A DNA stretch of 63,992 nt, counting the filler, from Collodictyon triciliatum (lineage: Eukaryota), in assembly GCA_043381765.1 (NCBI GenBank). It is 11 parts of 11 records of this genome, joined end to end, with 100 filler letters (N's around TTAATTAATTAA, not from the genome) between each part and the next. Parts side by side here need not be neighbours in the genome. Positions count along the whole stretch, not along the records: positions 1 to 6,193 come from JBHJMP010004650.1; positions 6,294 to 12,484 come from JBHJMP010004651.1; positions 12,585 to 18,774 come from JBHJMP010004652.1; positions 18,875 to 25,082 come from JBHJMP010004653.1; 7 more parts are not named here. One strand, 5' to 3'. Positions 1 to 23,700 of the stretch are shown piece by piece; position 1 is the stretch's first letter, and every line of letters begins with the position of its first letter. The notes below the pieces were generated by a model, which was not told the DNA's origin, searched no databases, and saw only the letters and a program-made list of their open reading frames with translations. Made by a program: the position numbers and the translations under genes.

Positions 1-43
1 TTTTTTGGTTGTCAAACAAGGGCACGACATAATTATTTCAAAC

Positions 44-198
44 TTTGTGATTTTTTCAACAAAACGCCGGTCCTCACGGATGGAGCAGAGAGAGTTGTAA
101 AGGGTATTTTCCTGCTGCTTCACTTGTCTTTGCAGTTGATGGATCGGTTTTGCTGCTGAGCTGAAGCTTGCTTCTTCGAGCGCAGAACCTTTGTCCAT
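44..198 (-). CDS. RIT1: Initiator tRNA A64-2'-O-ribosylphosphate transferase (Rit1), first exon only; the rest runs off the window
   Basis: ATG at 198 gives MDKGSALEEASFSSAAKPIHQLQRQVKQQENTLYNSLCSIREDRRFVEKITK, then a GTTTGA donor. This resembles the conserved Rit1 N-terminal motif (K..ENSLYN.LRSI.ED..FV..I). Confidence 0.7.
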
Positions 199-1020
199 CA
201 GGGCGCAACCGACCAAAAGAGTATTTGCGCTGCACGCTACGATATCTTGGTGACGACAGATAAGTTCACAAAGGGAGCAACCAGGAGAACAATCTTCACT
301 CAGTAAATCAACAACGAAGGAGTAAAGAAAGAAAGGGGGTGGCGGGTGATGATAACTCCGCAGCCAGGTGGAATACCTGCTTACATATCTGGTGCGACCC
401 ACATACCTGGCACTTGCCAAGGTGAAAAGAGGGGAAGCACTCGCGACTAGCGTAAAGGCGAGGATCTCCCTGCTTGCCATGGAAAAAAATAAAAGCATAT
501 CTGCGAAATCCAGAAATGGTCTTTTCATCTAATAGCTTGTTCCCTTTTTTTTTTTTTTTTACTTTTTTGACTCGGGGTTATGAGCACCCATAACATGCTG
601 TATACCAAGACTTCAAATATTAATTTGTGACTAGCCAACCACTCCTCTTTTCACTATTGCGTCAGAAATTGCAATGGGTTGACAATTACCAAGAGACGTG
701 GAGTTCCTCTAATGAGGTCTATGATGCTGTCTTACGAAGCGCAACCCACATTCCCCACACCAACACATACAACCAAGTAAAAAACCAACTAGGACTACAA
801 AAGCTGGCGTCTATGCGTGGGTGCGGGAGGCTAATAAAGCAGTGGCATTGATTGTTCCAGATTTAGAAGTATTGGGTACCGTGGCAAAATCCGCCTCCCG
901 TGCATGTGACTTGAGGAGCCTGGCGCTGTAACAACCATGAGTCCCTCAAGAAGATCCGATCCACACAGCCACCGGCTACGTCCCGAGTAAAGACACACAC
1001 CACTCGAGCCAGGAAACAAA

Positions 1021-2034
1021 ATGGTACGTAAATGTAGATTATCGTGGCACTTAAGAATCTGAGGGTGTGGGAGGTTGGCAGTCGCAATGGTATCGACACC
1101 AGCCGCAAATGCCGGGACCTTCTGGATAGAGCATCTAATCCGCAGAGTGCATTCCATTCTACACCCGAGCCACTTGGCAAGGGTGTGAAAAGAGGAGTTT
1201 GAAAGAAATCCGTACCCTCAAAGTGATCTCTGTTCAGGGCTGTGCTTGATCACTATGGATTGTGTCGATCAAATCGTCCGTAGTTTGTTGGCTGTGGAGA
1301 TCAATCCCACAACTCTCACTCCCTCGCTCTCCCACTCTCCAAGGGTACGACGCTTTTGCTCACTTGATAACGTCTTGTGTCCTTTGCCCTGACATTAGGT
1401 CAAGCGTACCAAGAAAGTCGGTATTGTTGGAAAGTATGGTACTCGCTATGGTGCCTCCCTTCGTAAGCAAGTGAAGAAGATGGAAGTGACCCAGCACGCC
1501 CGCTACACCTGCCAATTCTGCGGGAAGGTGGGTGTCTGAGAACGCATCGAGCCGTTTGCTCTTCTGGGATACCTACCTACCTGCATCTTTTGCTCCTTTG
1601 ATATCAACCACACCTACTGTATTTATCGCCTCGAAGGAACGACCGCTTTACAAGCTTTTCTTTCACGCCAGGATGCTGTCCGCCGTGTTGCTGTTGGTAT
1701 CTGGAAGTGCCGTGGTTGCCAGAAGGTTACTGCTGGCGGAGCCTGGTTGGTCGAGTAAGAGACTTCTCTTCTCACACTTCCCCTCTCGCGTGTTATTTAT
1801 TTATATTATTGAATATATGTTTCATTTCATCACACACACATATTACTATTAATATTGCTGGGTGAATTGAACAAGTACCACAGTCTTACCGTGTTTCTCA
1901 GCATGTACTGTGGCTGCCGGTACAAGTGTTTGCCCACGTCCCACTCAGACACTCTTTTTTGCCACTGCAGGACCTCTGCTGCCGCCACTGTCCGCAGCAC
2001 CATCCGCCGTCTGCGCGAATCCCAGGACGTATAA
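1021..2034 (+). CDS. RPL37A: 60S ribosomal protein eL43 (L37a), 92 aa, 4 exons: 1021-1023, 1399-1527, 1672-1754, 1971-2034
   Basis: Spliced product is [92 protein letters not shown], with a C2-C2 zinc ribbon and GT-AG introns. The ATG-only first exon (AAAATG|GTACGT) is inferred. Confidence 0.97.
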
Positions 2035-2346
2035 ACATGTTGTCTGATAGCAGCACCCCGACAGACGTTATCCCGAATTGCGTGTTTTTTTTTTTTTTTT
2101 TACTGTGACGTGGACGTTGCCCAACCATCATAACTGCCACAAGGGAAAGGAAGCGGGGCGAGGCGATGTGCCTCCGTCCGCCTTCTTTGCTGAGCAGCGC
2201 GTTGCAAGATAGGTCACGACGGGAGGCAGGGATGACGCGGCAACATAGTGTGTTTATGGCTGCGGTGGGATGGGGCCGAGAGCAGGGGCCTGGATAAACA
2301 GGAGATATCGAGGGAGTGTTTGTGAGTGGGGGAGGAAGGGGATGCC

Positions 2347-4182
2347 CTAGGCCTTTGTGGCAGCCTCGAAGGCGGTCTCGACGGCAAGCTGGACCTGCTC
2401 GGTGAGGATGTCTGTGGCGAGCTGGACGGGGTCGAGCAGGGTCTTGAAGGCCTCCGGGATGGCGTCGCCGATGGGCTGGATCGGGGTGAGGATGATGGGG
2501 AAGGCCTCGGACTGGAAGGGGGCCAGGACGATGGCGACGAGGGTGTCCTTGAGGAAGGCCCTGCGGACGGCGGCGATGTCGGCGGCGAGGGCGGCGCGTG
2601 CGCTTGCAAAGGAGGCTGCGCGGTCGAGGGTGGAGTCGACCTGGGCCTCGTAGGTGTACTGGGCGTCCTGCACAAAGGCAATGACCTGGGCCTCGAGGGC
2701 CTTGATGGTGGCCCAGTACTCGATCCCCGGGAGCAGGTCGGCCACGGTGCGCAGGTCGTCCTCGAGCGCCCAGACGTTGCGCACGCAGGGGTAGATGTTT
2801 TCGGACCAGTAGTAGTTTGTGGCGTACTGCATGTCCTTCTTGGCCTTTGTCCAGTCGGCCTCCTTGTCGGCCTCCTTGCACAGCTTCTCAAACTCCTCCT
2901 CGATGGACGCGTATGTCTTGGCCATGCGGCTGTAGAGCGCCGGGGCGAGCTTGTTGATCACGGGCGTGAGGATCTTGGAGACGGCGGGGCCCAGGATCGG
3001 CTGGACAATGCCGGTGATCTTGTCCTTGAGCTGGTTCTGCGCCTCAAAGAGCGGGCCCAGATTCTCCTTGATCTTGGCCTCCAGCGTGGGCTGCAGCTCC
3101 TCCACGTTCTTTTTGACGGCGGCCCAGCTGGGATTGACGACGCTCATGATGGCGTTGTCGGCCGTCTGGTTCACCAGCTTGTTGGCCTTGTCGTACATGT
3201 TGCCGCTGAACTGCGAGCTCAGCTCCGAGCGCACGTCAGACAGGATCTCGCGATCCACCTCGTAGAAGGCCAGATCGGCCAGCGCCTCCTGCTCCGTCCC
3301 GGCCGCATCTGTGCGGTAGCGCCCCAGCGCAGCGCGGGTGGCCGGGTATGCCAGCGTGAACGCCTCTGCCTGCAGCGGGTCCGGGTTCAGCACCCGGTTG
3401 TTGTACCAGCACGCGTACCACAGCAGATTCACCCACTTGTCCCGGAGCTCCTCGTTCTCCAGCTGGGGGTTGGGGGGTTGGGGGGTTGGACGTTAGGAGT
3501 CGGAGGAGTGGGAGTTGGGAATTGGGAATTGGGAATTGGGAACAGGTGTTGGTGTTGGTGGGGGGAAGTGGAGGCTTCCCGCGGAGGAGTCGGCAGGGGT
3601 TTTACCTCGAAGACGTAGGTGCGCTTGTGCCAGTGCTGCAGGCGGAAGCAGTACGGGTGGCCCTCCTCGCTCTCGCGGTAGACCCAGTAGCCGACCAGCG
3701 ACATGTGGTTCTTGAGCTTGCCCTGGATGAGGATTACGTTGAGGAGTGGAAGAAGACTAGGGTGAGGGTGAGGATGAGGATTAAGAGGCAGACGGTCTTG
3801 GAGGCGCGGTACTCGAGGGTGCGGTCGCTCTTGAGGACGAGGTAGCGGGCCTCGTACTTTTTGTCGGTGGCCTTCATCCCATCGCGGCGGTTGGCCGGGC
3901 TCTCAAGCAGGGGATCGGTGCTTTCCTGGAGAGGGGGGGAGAGAGGGTGAGCGAGCGGTCTCGGAACGGGAGGCGTGGAGGAGAGGGGGGGCTGACCGGC
4001 CGCTTCTTGAGCTGCAGGGCCGGATCCTCCTTGGCGTTCATGTCGTCCTTGACCTTCTGGATCAGGGCCGTGGTGTAGCCCAGCATGTACTGCTTCGTGA
4101 ACTCGGTGCAGACGTTCGTGGTGATCTCGGTGATGCGCTGCAGCTTCTCCTCCGTCAGCGGGTTGCTTGGGATCGCGCCCAT
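2347..4182 (-). CDS. Niban/FAM129-like protein (N-myristoylation motif, PH domain, helical C-terminal domain), 4 exons
   Basis: Starts MGAIPSNPLTEEKLQRITEITTNVCTEFTKQY. PH-like segments YEARYLVLKSDRTLEY and HPYCFRLQHWHKRTYVFELENEELRDKWVNLL are followed by a long helical ORF to TAG at 2347. Three short C-rich GT-AG introns keep the frame. Confidence 0.7.
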
Positions 4183-4352
4183 GGCTGTGGTCTCGGCGGG
4201 TCTGTGCGTGGAAGGTGGGGCCAAAGGCTCCCGGTTAGCAGCTGTGCCCATTGCTGTCCTCTTCTCCTGCGGTCTTGGCCCTTCTTCTCGCCCGTGGGCG
4301 CAGACGGCGAAAAAAGACGCGACGCATATTGCCTTGCAGGGGGCGTGTACGT

Positions 4353-4405
<53 letters not shown>

Positions 4406-4604
4406 GCTTATCTCTTCTTCACCTTGTGCTGTGTATTTCTTTTTTTTTTTCTTTCTTTCTTTCTTTCTGTCTTCTACTAAACTCTCCTCTCCTCTTCTGT
4501 TCCTTAGAATCAGTGCAGAAGGAATGAAGGGAGACTAATGTGTGGCTCAGCGCTAAAGAGTCTGCTCTTCAACTGTAACCCCTCTCCTTCCTTCCTCCCT
4601 CCCT

Positions 4605-4636
<32 letters not shown>

Positions 4637-6148
4637 TCTCTCTAGGCAGAGGTTTTTCCCCCAGGCAGCCTTTTCTTAAATTCCTCCGTCTTTTTCTCTT
4701 TTTTTTTCTTCTACTTTCTTCGTTGGTCTCTTCTTTGTTTTTTGTTTTTTTTTTTTTCCCCTCGACCGATTGCAAGGAGTCTTAACCCTTTTCTCAGCAG
4801 CAACGTTGCCAACTTTCTGGTTCGTGGCTCCTTTCAGCTCCACCTTCTGCTCGGAGCGTTTGGTGATCAGACGACCCTGGGGCTTGAGCGATTTTCTGCT
4901 TTTCTCTTATGATCCATACAGTAACAGACATCCCGCCACCTGAGTTACTTTCTGAGCCAATTTAAATACCAGGCGGAAGGGCTCTTGCGTCTGCTCGGGA
5001 GGCGAAATTGGCCAAATTCTCGGAATTTACCTTTGGTCTTGTGATTTTCTTTTGTTTTGTGTTTTTCTTTTGTGTTTTTCTCTTGTTTTTGCTTTTGTCT
5101 TTTTTTTATGGCCAAAGGGGCGATGCGTTTGGACGAGAACGAAGTGAGAGAGCATCAATAATTTCCCTTTAATTTCTTTTTTTTAAAGTCCAGCTCAAAA
5201 TCACCATGTGGTGTGGTTGTGGCGCAAGAAAAAACGCGTTGATAGAACGCGTTAATACATGATTAGATAAATACTTCTTTTAAAAAAATTGTTCTACAAA
5301 AGTTATTTTGGAAAAACGTGGTGACGCAAGTGTACAAATCACACCGCCCCCAGTGGCCTAGCAGAAAGAGATACAAGCAAATAAGCTCTTGGCTCTCGAA
5401 AATATCTGCAAATGTGGAACAACACCCCATCGTCGCGTGTCGAAGATAACAAGGCCTTGCTCTAAAGTACGAGGCAAATAACGAGCTTTCTTCTGCTGTG
5501 ATTACTTTGTTTTCAACCCTCTCTTGCTCAAAACTTTTCCCTCATTCCTTCGCGTGACGAATTCTTGCCCCATAAACCCTCCACACAAGCCCTGTGGGAT
5601 AAGTTGATTCATATAAATAAATAAAAAAAAATAGCCGAGTCCAGAGAGCGGATATTCGCAGTAAATAAAAAAAAATGGAAGATTTGCGAAAAGTAGTTTT
5701 CATTCCAAAAGGGTTTTTGACCTTCAAAGTGGATAAGCCCCGCAGCCGTTGGTAGGTGGCTGCTTTTGCCATATTTGCCGTGCTGGAATTGTAAATTTCC
5801 ATATAATATGTGAAGAAATTGTATGATATTGGCACTTTGTTGTGAATATGGCCACCACCGAATTGCTGCCCCAACAATAATTGTGTACTTGCGAAAAGTC
5901 CACGTGTTATGTAATACACGAGTATCCAAATATTAAAACATATTCAATTATGGATTAGTACATTATGTGGCGTATTATAGGCATCCTTGTGAGATAAAAC
6001 AAAAATAAATAAAATTCCACAAATATACCAATTAACCAGCTTTGGTCAGTCTCAGCTGGGATGTTTTGTGTGTGTTAATCTGAAAGCATCTGCATCCTGT
6101 CTTTTCAAAAAATAAAAAATAAAAAATAAAAAATAAAAAATAAAAAAT

Positions 6149-6185
<37 letters not shown>

Positions 6186-6193
6186 AAATAAAA

Positions 6194-6293
6194 NNNNNNN
6201 NNNNNNNNNNNNNNNNNNNNNNNNNNNNNNNNNNNNNTTAATTAATTAANNNNNNNNNNNNNNNNNNNNNNNNNNNNNNNNNNNNNNNNNNNN
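6194..6293. other. Artificial scaffold spacer N44-TTAATTAATTAA-N44. Also at 12485-12584, 18775-18874, 25083-25182, 31372-31471, 37657-37756, 43939-44038, 50222-50321, 56495-56594 and 62770-62869
   Basis: The same 100-nt linker, with stops in all six frames, recurs about every 6.3 kb. The intervening pieces are nearly equal in length (about 6.17-6.21 kb), as expected for size-sorted scaffolds. Confidence 0.98.
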
Positions 6294-6464
6294 AAAGAGA
6301 AAGAGAAAGAAAAAAGAAAAAGTAAAAGGAAAAGTAAAAAAGAAAAAAGAAAAAAGAAAAAAGAAAAAAGAAAAAAGAAAAAAGAAAAAAGAAAAAAGAA
6401 AAAAGAAAAAAGAAAAAAGAAAAAAGAAAAAAGAAAAAAAAGATCACACAGTTTTCACCCAGCC

Positions 6465-12338
<5,874 letters not shown>

Positions 12339-12728
12339 GTACACTTATGTTTTATGCAAAAGACTTTGTATATATGTATAGCAACAACAAAACAAAACAA
12401 AACAAAACAAAACAAAACAAAACAAAACAAAACAAAACAAAACAAAACAAAACAAAACAAAACAAAACAAAACAAAACAAAACANNNNNNNNNNNNNNNN
12501 NNNNNNNNNNNNNNNNNNNNNNNNNNNNTTAATTAATTAANNNNNNNNNNNNNNNNNNNNNNNNNNNNNNNNNNNNNNNNNNNNTATTTACTATTTATTT
12601 ACTATTTATTTACTATTTATTTACTATTTATTTACTATTTATTTACTATTTATTTACTATTTATTTACTATTTATTTACTATTTATTTACTATTTATTTA
12701 TAGATTTTAAAAAGATATTATTTGAAAC

Positions 12729-18573
<5,845 letters not shown>

Positions 18574-19031
18574 AGAATCCCTCCAACCAAAGAGTTCGAC
18601 ATCAATACCAGAGTTTATGGAATCCACAGTCGGCAACATCGTCTCTCACTAGCCGGGAGAATTGCCAAAAGTTTTTCTTTTTATGTCTTTTTTTATGTCT
18701 TTTTTTATGTCTTTTTTTATGTCTTTTTTTATGTCTTTTTTTATGTCTTTTTTTATGTCTTTTTTTATGTCTTTNNNNNNNNNNNNNNNNNNNNNNNNNN
18801 NNNNNNNNNNNNNNNNNNTTAATTAATTAANNNNNNNNNNNNNNNNNNNNNNNNNNNNNNNNNNNNNNNNNNNNAAAAAAAAAAGAAAGATCAAATCCGA
18901 AGCAAAGGTGATCATAAATCCAAAATTAGGTACCTCGGAAGTAATAAAGGTAAAATTTTGATTTTTTTTTTTTACAAAAAACAATACCGTTTAAACACAA
19001 ATGAAAATACGGTCAAGCCGTCAAATCTTAC

Positions 19032-19737
19032 AAGTCCAGCTGATGGAGAGAATACGGCACGAAGTACGTAAGTGTCTTGAAATCTCGGCAAGTCAGAAGT
19101 AAAGGTTATTCCCGAAAAGGAGGACTAAATACCATCACGAGGATAAAAATTAATACATGTTATCATGAGGAATTAACATATCATATTATCGAATATTTCA
19201 GGATGTTCCTTGATTTTCATAATATAGAAGGTATCATGAATCCTTTTTGGAGTAGAACCACAATTTTCAACTTTTTTTCTTTCAAAATAACAAGTATGCT
19301 TCGCTGATTGATTTTCAAACCGGATATGGCTTTTTGGATGTAAAAATGCTATCATTCGATGTAAGTGGGTAGACGTAGGCCGACATAATGGACGTGATGC
19401 AAAACCTGAATGAATCAGATATACAAATTTTCAAAAAGAACATGAAGGAAATTTTAAAACGAATGATTTACATTTGGGAGCCAACATGAATCGTGAATAA
19501 ATAAAAAAAAGAGCATGAAAGAACGTGAAAGAATAAATAGTTTTTTTTTATATTTTCAATTAAATCTATATAAAATCAGACTTACAGAGAAATCAAAATG
19601 GAGGAGTAGAACTGCTCCCCCTCATACAAATAGGCGATGAGACATCCTATTAAAGAGAACAGACTACAGATGGTGTGGAATGCTAGACGCTTGTCCCACT
19701 CCGAAAAGTCCTCTTGGTAGCCCAATTCCTCCATAAT
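19032..19737 (-). CDS. SPCS2: Signal peptidase complex subunit 2 (SPC25), three internal exons. The 5' part lies in the N gap; a possible start ATG is at 20596
   Basis: ELGYQEDFSEWDKRLAFHTICSLFSLIG, then a second TM segment, NDSIFTSK and FTSDLPRFQDTY. This follows the SPC2 pattern Y.E.F...D.RL / S.LPRF.D.Y. Confidence 0.75.
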
Positions 19738-20727
19738 CTGTGTGCAGATATTCATAAAATAACACATTATGTCGAAAGAAGAGTAACGTATCACACAAGG
19801 GAGGGCGATATTCACATAAAAAGACAGAAAGGAGACCAGCAGGGCAAGTGAGTGAAAGCTTTTGAGAGTAGGGCAAGAGTAGTTTTAGAGAGCAGCAAGT
19901 TAACAGCAGNNNNNNNNNNNNNNNNNNNNNNNNNNNNNNNNNNNNNNNNNNNNNNNNNNNNNNNNNNNNNNNNNNNNNNNNNNNNNNNNNNNNNNNNNNN
20001 NNNNNNNNNNNNNNNNNNNNNNNNNNNNNNNNNNNNNNNNNNNNNNNNNNNNNNNNNNNNNNNNNNNNNNNNNNNNNNNNNNNNNNNNNNNNNNNNNNNN
20101 NNNNNNNNNNNNNNNNNNNNNNNNNNNNNNNNNNNNNNNNNNNNNNNNNNNNNNNNNNNNNNNNNNNNNNNNNNNNNNNNNNNNNNNNNNNNNNNNNNNN
20201 NNNNNNNNNNNNNNNNNNNNNNNNNNNNNNNNNNNNNNNNNNNNNNNNNNNNNNNNNNNNNNNNNNNNNNNNNNNNNNNNNNNNNNNNNNNNNNNNNNNN
20301 NNNNNNNNNNNNNNNNNNNNNNNNNNNNNNNNNNNNNNNNNNNNNNNNNNNNNNNNNNNNNNNNNNNNNNNNNNNNNNNNNNNNNNNNNNNNNNNNNNNN
20401 NNNNNNNNNNNNNNNNNNNNNNNNNNNNNNNNNNNNNNNNNNNNNNNNNNNNNNNNNNNNNNNNNNNNNNNNNNNNNNNNNNNNNNNNNNNNNNNNNNNN
20501 NNNNNNNNNNNNNNNNNNNNNNNNNNNNNNNNNNNNNNNNNNNNNNNNNNNNNNNNNNNNNNNNNNNNNNNNNNNNNNCAAGCAACCATCTGCCATATGT
20601 CGTCTGTCAAGAAAAGAAAAAGAAAAAGAAAAAGAAAAAGAAAAAGAAAAAGAAAAAGAAAAAGAAAAAGAAAAAGAAAAAGAAAAAAGCCAGAGACTCA
20701 GCTTGCAAGCAACCTTAGACGGCGACG

Positions 20728-23700
20728 ATGCAAGGGGACAGCAGCCTTGACCCGCACCTGTACCCGAACGGCCTGGACGGCGTGTTTATCCCGCCCCCGA
20801 CCACGCTGTGGGGCGATGCGGATCCGCGCATTCTGGCACGGTCACGGCAGACACGCCACTCGCGGGTGCTGACCACGCGGGCGGATCTGGGGGAGCGCAC
20901 GGTGTCTCTGCCGAGCGTGGGGGGAAAGGAAGAGGCGGAGAGGGAGAGGGAGAGGGAGAGGGAGAGGGAGAAGGAGAAGGAGAAGGGGAGGGAGAAGGGG
21001 AGGGAGAAGGAGAGGGAGAGGCAGAGCGAGCGTCTGTTGTCCGCTTCTGCGTCCGCCCCAGCCGCCCTGCCCGACCCGCCCGCCACCGCCACAACAGACA
21101 CCGCCACAACAGACACCGCCACAACAGACACCGCCACAACAGACACCGCCACAACCACCGCCACAGGACCGTCCGAGCGCAGCGTCTGGGCCGGCGTGCG
21201 GGGCTGCATTTGCCGGGCCCACCCGCGCAACGTGGCGGCGTCGCTGCTGCCGCACGCGTCTGCGCTCCCCCCGGGCGTTGTGTCGCTGCTCGGCCTGCCG
21301 CAGACCAAAGCGACGGGCCGCACCGTCCTGTTCCCCGCTGCGCAGACGCCCGCCGTTGCTGCAGCCCTGGCCGACCCGCCGGCAGGCGCAAAGCCCACGG
21401 GCCGCACCCCGCGCCCCAGAGCAGCCGCCCTGCACGTGCCGCGTCTGCCGTCCCGCTGGCGCAGAGCCACCCGCCCGCCCTCTGCCGCCCCGCCGGCGCT
21501 GGAGATGCGCGCGCTCGCAGACGCCCCGGCAGACGCCGCCCCGCCGACCGGCATTCTCGGGGGCCACGCGGTCTGCCTGGTCGACAGCGACGGCGACAGC
21601 AACAGCGACAGAGACAGAGACAGCGACACTGATAATGACAATCACAATGACAATGATAATGATAATGACGCCGCCCGTGTGTCTGCCGTGGGCCGTCCAA
21701 ACAAGTCGGCCGCAACCGCCCCGCAGTCCGGCGACCCTCCGCGCCTCGGGTGGGGGTTTCTGCATCGCCGCCGCCCCGCCCTGCAGACACAATCACAATC
21801 GCAATCACAATCACAATCACTATCGCAATCACAAACACAAACACAGTCACAGACGGCCGCCCTCCTCGACGTGGACATCCCCGTGGCAGAGATATACCCG
21901 CCCTATGCCACAAAGGACTACCCCCCGAACATGGTCAAGAACCAGAAGTATCACCCCGCAACATTCCTATTCGTCATACTTTATGAACAGTTCAAGTTCT
22001 TTTTCAACCTCTACTTCTTGGGCGTCGCTATCACCCAGTTCTTCCCCATTCTGCAGATTGGTGTGTATACATATTCCAATTCATTCCACTACAGATACCC
22101 GCATATATTTGCCAATCCATATCCACACAGAGTATCCTAATAGATTTTTTCCCTCTATCTCTCTATCTTCCTTTCCTTTAATTTCCTTTCCTTTTCCTTT
22201 TCCTTTTCCTTCTTTTTCTTTCCCTCTTATATTTTCAACCTGTATCCTCGTAACTGTCCGTTTGACCCATCAAGGTTTTCTCTTTACATACCTGGCTCCA
22301 CTTGTCTTCGTTCTTTCTGTCACCATCGGCAAGGAGGCTTATGATGATTTCAAGCGCTACATCAGAGACAAGGAAGCCAATTCACAACTATATGAAAAGC
22401 TAACTCCTGACGGACCTGTTTGCATTCCGTCATCTGACATTCGAGTCGGAGATATGATTATTATCAACACAGATCAACGGGTATTTTATCGTGCTTTTCT
22501 TCCATTTAATTAATTTTTTGATTCAAAATATACCGCCGATATTCTTATATACGGGCATGGATGCATACTTACGTTTATGGTTTCCATCGAAATTGTTTTG
22601 AACTTATTTGCTATTGTGATATCTACACAGAAGAATTCCATAAGAGGTTAGAGACACAAACACTTACTCTTAAATTCTAAGATACCCGCCGATATGGTCA
22701 TGTTGAGGACTAGTGAAAAAGGAGGCGCCTCATTCATTCGCACAGACCAATTAGATGGAGAAACAGATTGGAAATTACGGTTTGTGTTTTTTTTTTTATT
22801 TTTATCTTTTTATCTTTTATATATTAACAATTGCGTAGGTAAGGATGAATGAAGATAAAGTTTGACAAATGAGGAATTTTTTTTAAGCTACTGTCTTTTT
22901 CACATTTGTAATAATTGCCCAAGATCTAATTTAAATCACTCTTATGTGAATGTCGGATTATTTTTTTTTTGGTGAATTTTATTTATCTTTTCACTAATAT
23001 GTGCTTACTATTTCAAAAATAAAACGCATGTACACTAGTCAAGCAGTTCCATCATGCCAAGGACTGGCATCTGACCTCGATTTGATACTGTCTATTGGCA
23101 AGATTCAAGGTATAAACATTTTCCCACATTTTCTAGTATAAAAAACAACAACAATAACAACATTAGGTATAAGCTATTATTTTGTCAATGCCGCTCTAGT
23201 AAATATTCAAGATACTGCCCTTTATTCATTTTTTTTAAAATCAATAATAATATGATTAGTTATCAATATAAGTGACAACATATTAATATATTTGTATTAA
23301 ACATATACAGCAAGTAAGCCATCTAAAGAAATCTACAATTTTGTTGGGATATGCACATTATACAAAAATCGATATGAGGTATTCTTTCATTTTAAAATTG
23401 TAGTAAAATAAGCCAAACGTGTCGGAGCATTTTTCTCATTTTTATTTATTCATTTATAACAGACTTTTTTTTTTTGAGTATAAAAACTATTGCTTATATA
23501 GAAAACAGTCGAACCTCTTAGTTTGGAAAATACTGTGTGGGCAAATACTGTTTTGGCATCTGGACGAATTATTGGTTTGGTTATCTTTACAGGCTGTGAG
23601 ACACGTTCCGTGATGAACGCATCCATTCCTACCACAAAAGTTGGACTTCTTGACCAGAAACTTAATCACTACTCAAAAGTAAATGGGTTATAATATTTTT

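Noticed and set aside
1060-1312. RNase P/MRP-like hints (GGGAGGTTGG, AGTGCA) in the RPL37A intron
   Set aside because: No convincing CR-V/P4 consensus could be built.
2214-3618. Long overlapping ORFs (430, 327 and 225 aa) over the Niban-like gene, and similar ones at 20715-22513 and 28179-29398
   Set aside because: Shadow frames caused by high GC3 codon bias; no recognisable motifs.
4560-6100. Short ORFs at the end of scaffold 1
   Set aside because: No recognisable homology or consistent splice model.
6238-6249. TTAATTAATTAA palindrome recurring about every 6.3 kb
   Set aside because: It is an assembly linker embedded in N runs, not biology. For the same reason, no gene clustering across spacers was interpreted.
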